A stretch of 63,380 bases of DNA, filler included. It is 4 parts of 4 records of this genome, joined end to end, with 100 filler letters (N's around TTAATTAATTAA, not from the genome) between each part and the next. Parts side by side here need not be neighbours in the genome. Positions count along the whole stretch, not along the records: positions 54,813 to 63,380 come from SRR20825006_1151; 3 more parts are not named here. One strand, given 5' to 3'. Position 1 is the first letter of the stretch, and each line of letters begins with the position of its first letter. Below the pieces are notes generated by a model that was given only the letters and a program-made list of their open reading frames with translations, made no database searches and was not told the DNA's origin. Shown piece after piece: positions 62,016 through 63,380 of this stretch. A program made the position numbers and the translations under genes.

Positions 62016-63379
62016 CATCGCGATATATTTGTATGTGTATCTCCATGAAGCATATTTTTAAGGTCATATTGGACTAATTTATTCCCGATAAAACCATAAA
62101 AAATAGATTCCTTTATGAAAAAATGTCTTAGGGGTTTCCCTTGTTCTTTATAGATGTAAAAACTGGTTTGATAATTTCCATTTAAGATGTTATATACATC
62201 TATTGTTTGAGTTTGCTTCCATGTCTTTTCTGCCTCATATCTTCCTTTGATTTGAGAACGTATATATAAAAAGCCATTATAAGTATAGCTTGCAGGATTA
62301 ACCATCATGGAGGCAATCAATTTTAGTTGTTGAGGATTCGATGTGGAGTCTATAATTAAGTTGGGCTTAGAAATGGTGTCAATTGTATGAGCTGTTATAA
62401 TGTTGTTAAGTTTCTCACTCATTACCAAAAATTTATTTTTATAGAAATAAGTATAGGATACGTGATTGGTAAGACCATCGTATGTAATACTACCATCGGC
62501 ATTAAATATTTCGTCAGACTCATTATTCAAAAGATGCGGTACAATTTGATAGGGTAGTGAATCCTTTATATAGAGGTAGCCAAGGTCACTTTTCTGGGAT
62601 TGAGAATTCAAGGTTTTAAATAGTAATGTGTTATCATTAGTTAGTTGGTAATTTGAAAAGTTGATATTACCTTGGTATTGCGAGTCTACTTCCCAATTCG
62701 TTGTAGTTCCTTTTAATATCATAGAAATTTGACCATCTATTAAAAAGAAATAAGGAGGCTGGACTCTGACTTGAGCTGCAATGGATGGTAAATTATTATT
62801 ACTGATTTGAATCTTAATGGTTTTCACAGTAGCTGTTTGTAGGTTTATTCGTTTTACAATGAGTGGACTACTATAATTTCCCAGATAAATATGTTGCTTA
62901 CTTGAACCAGCAAAATAAAAAGCATCTCCGTTTAAATTTATATTAGCAATCTTTGGAATATTATATGAGTATCGACGAATAAAAGGATTTTCTTCGTATA
63001 TAATTCGCTCTGAGGTTAGAAATAACACGGTGACCGTACCAACACTTAGAAGTGAGATTACGGAAGCTATTACATAAAAAGCATACTTGTTCTTACTTTT
63101 AGAATCTCTTTTTTTGTGAAAATGAATGGCTAAAAAAGCAAATAAGGTAAATACTATATTAAAAATAAGGTGCGCCTTCCATCCCATTTTTTCCAGCACA
63201 CCACCACAGGAACAGGGGATATTAGAAGCGTGGTTTAAAATGATATAAATATAGGTGCTAAACATGACCATTAAGGCTAATGATGCCAACAGACCTATAT
63301 AACGTGTGTTTTTATATAGAAGTAGAAGAGCCGTTAAAATTTCAGATATAGGAACAATCCACACTAGCCAACCGGCATA
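62015..63379 (-). CDS. MauE/DoxX-family membrane protein (CSCGG) with large soluble C-terminal domain (5' truncated)
   Basis: P..E....LLL, FS.YI..IL, IPCSCGGVLEKMGW..HLIFN; the frame is open to the window end. Confidence 0.88.
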   Translation of the reverse strand, partial: YAGWLVWIVPISEILTALLLLYKNTRYIGLLASLALMVMFSTYIYIILNHASNIPCSCGGVLEKMGWKAHLIFNIVFTLFAFLAIHFHKKRDSKSKNKYAFYVIASVISLLSVGTVTVLFLTSERIIYEENPFIRRYSYNIPKIANINLNGDAFYFAGSSKQHIYLGNYSSPLIVKRINLQTATVKTIKIQISNNNLPSIAAQVRVQPPYFFLIDGQISMILKGTTTNWEVDSQYQGNINFSNYQLTNDNTLLFKTLNSQSQKSDLGYLYIKDSLPYQIVPHLLNNESDEIFNADGSITYDGLTNHVSYTYFYKNKFLVMSEKLNNIITAHTIDTISKPNLIIDSTSNPQQLKLIASMMVNPASYTYNGFLYIRSQIKGRYEAEKTWKQTQTIDVYNILNGNYQTSFYIYKEQGKPLRHFFIKESIFYGFIGNKLVQYDLKNMLHGDTHTNISR

Positions 63380-63380
63380 G

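Overview
The window is not one locus. It is four unrelated contigs joined by 100-nt N spacers containing TTAATTAATTAA (31872-31971, 44084-44183, 54713-54812). (1) 1-31871 is an AT-rich Flavobacteriaceae-like chromosome segment: sucD, fabG, a complete his operon, recQ, aguBA, a DEAD-box helicase, a GMC dehydrogenase pair, transporters and mscS. The his operon has an unannotated His4 leader-peptide attenuator. It is also interrupted by a frameshifted GIY-YIG nuclease cassette bounded by 16-bp inverted palindromic repeats that runs in frame into hisA. (2) 31972-44083 is a Rhodopirellula-like planctomycete segment: a giant cytochrome c/WD40/DUF1549/DUF1553 protein, its DUF1501 partner, a flavin/2Fe-2S reductase and several different GTAG-tagged REP palindromes. 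(3) 44184-54712 is a Marinobacter-like Lap biofilm-adhesin locus (lapG, lapD, LuxR regulator, T1SS, 5' end of lapA). (4) 54813-63380 is a Bacteroidota module: SusC/SusD plus an S9 peptidase, convergent with a MauE/DoxX (CSCGG) membrane protein and a small secreted four-cysteine peptide that is preceded by a candidate pseudoknot RNA. The best candidates for an undescribed system are module (4) and the repeat-flanked GIY-YIG cassette in the his operon. Taxonomic and family calls come from motif recognition only; no database searches were run.
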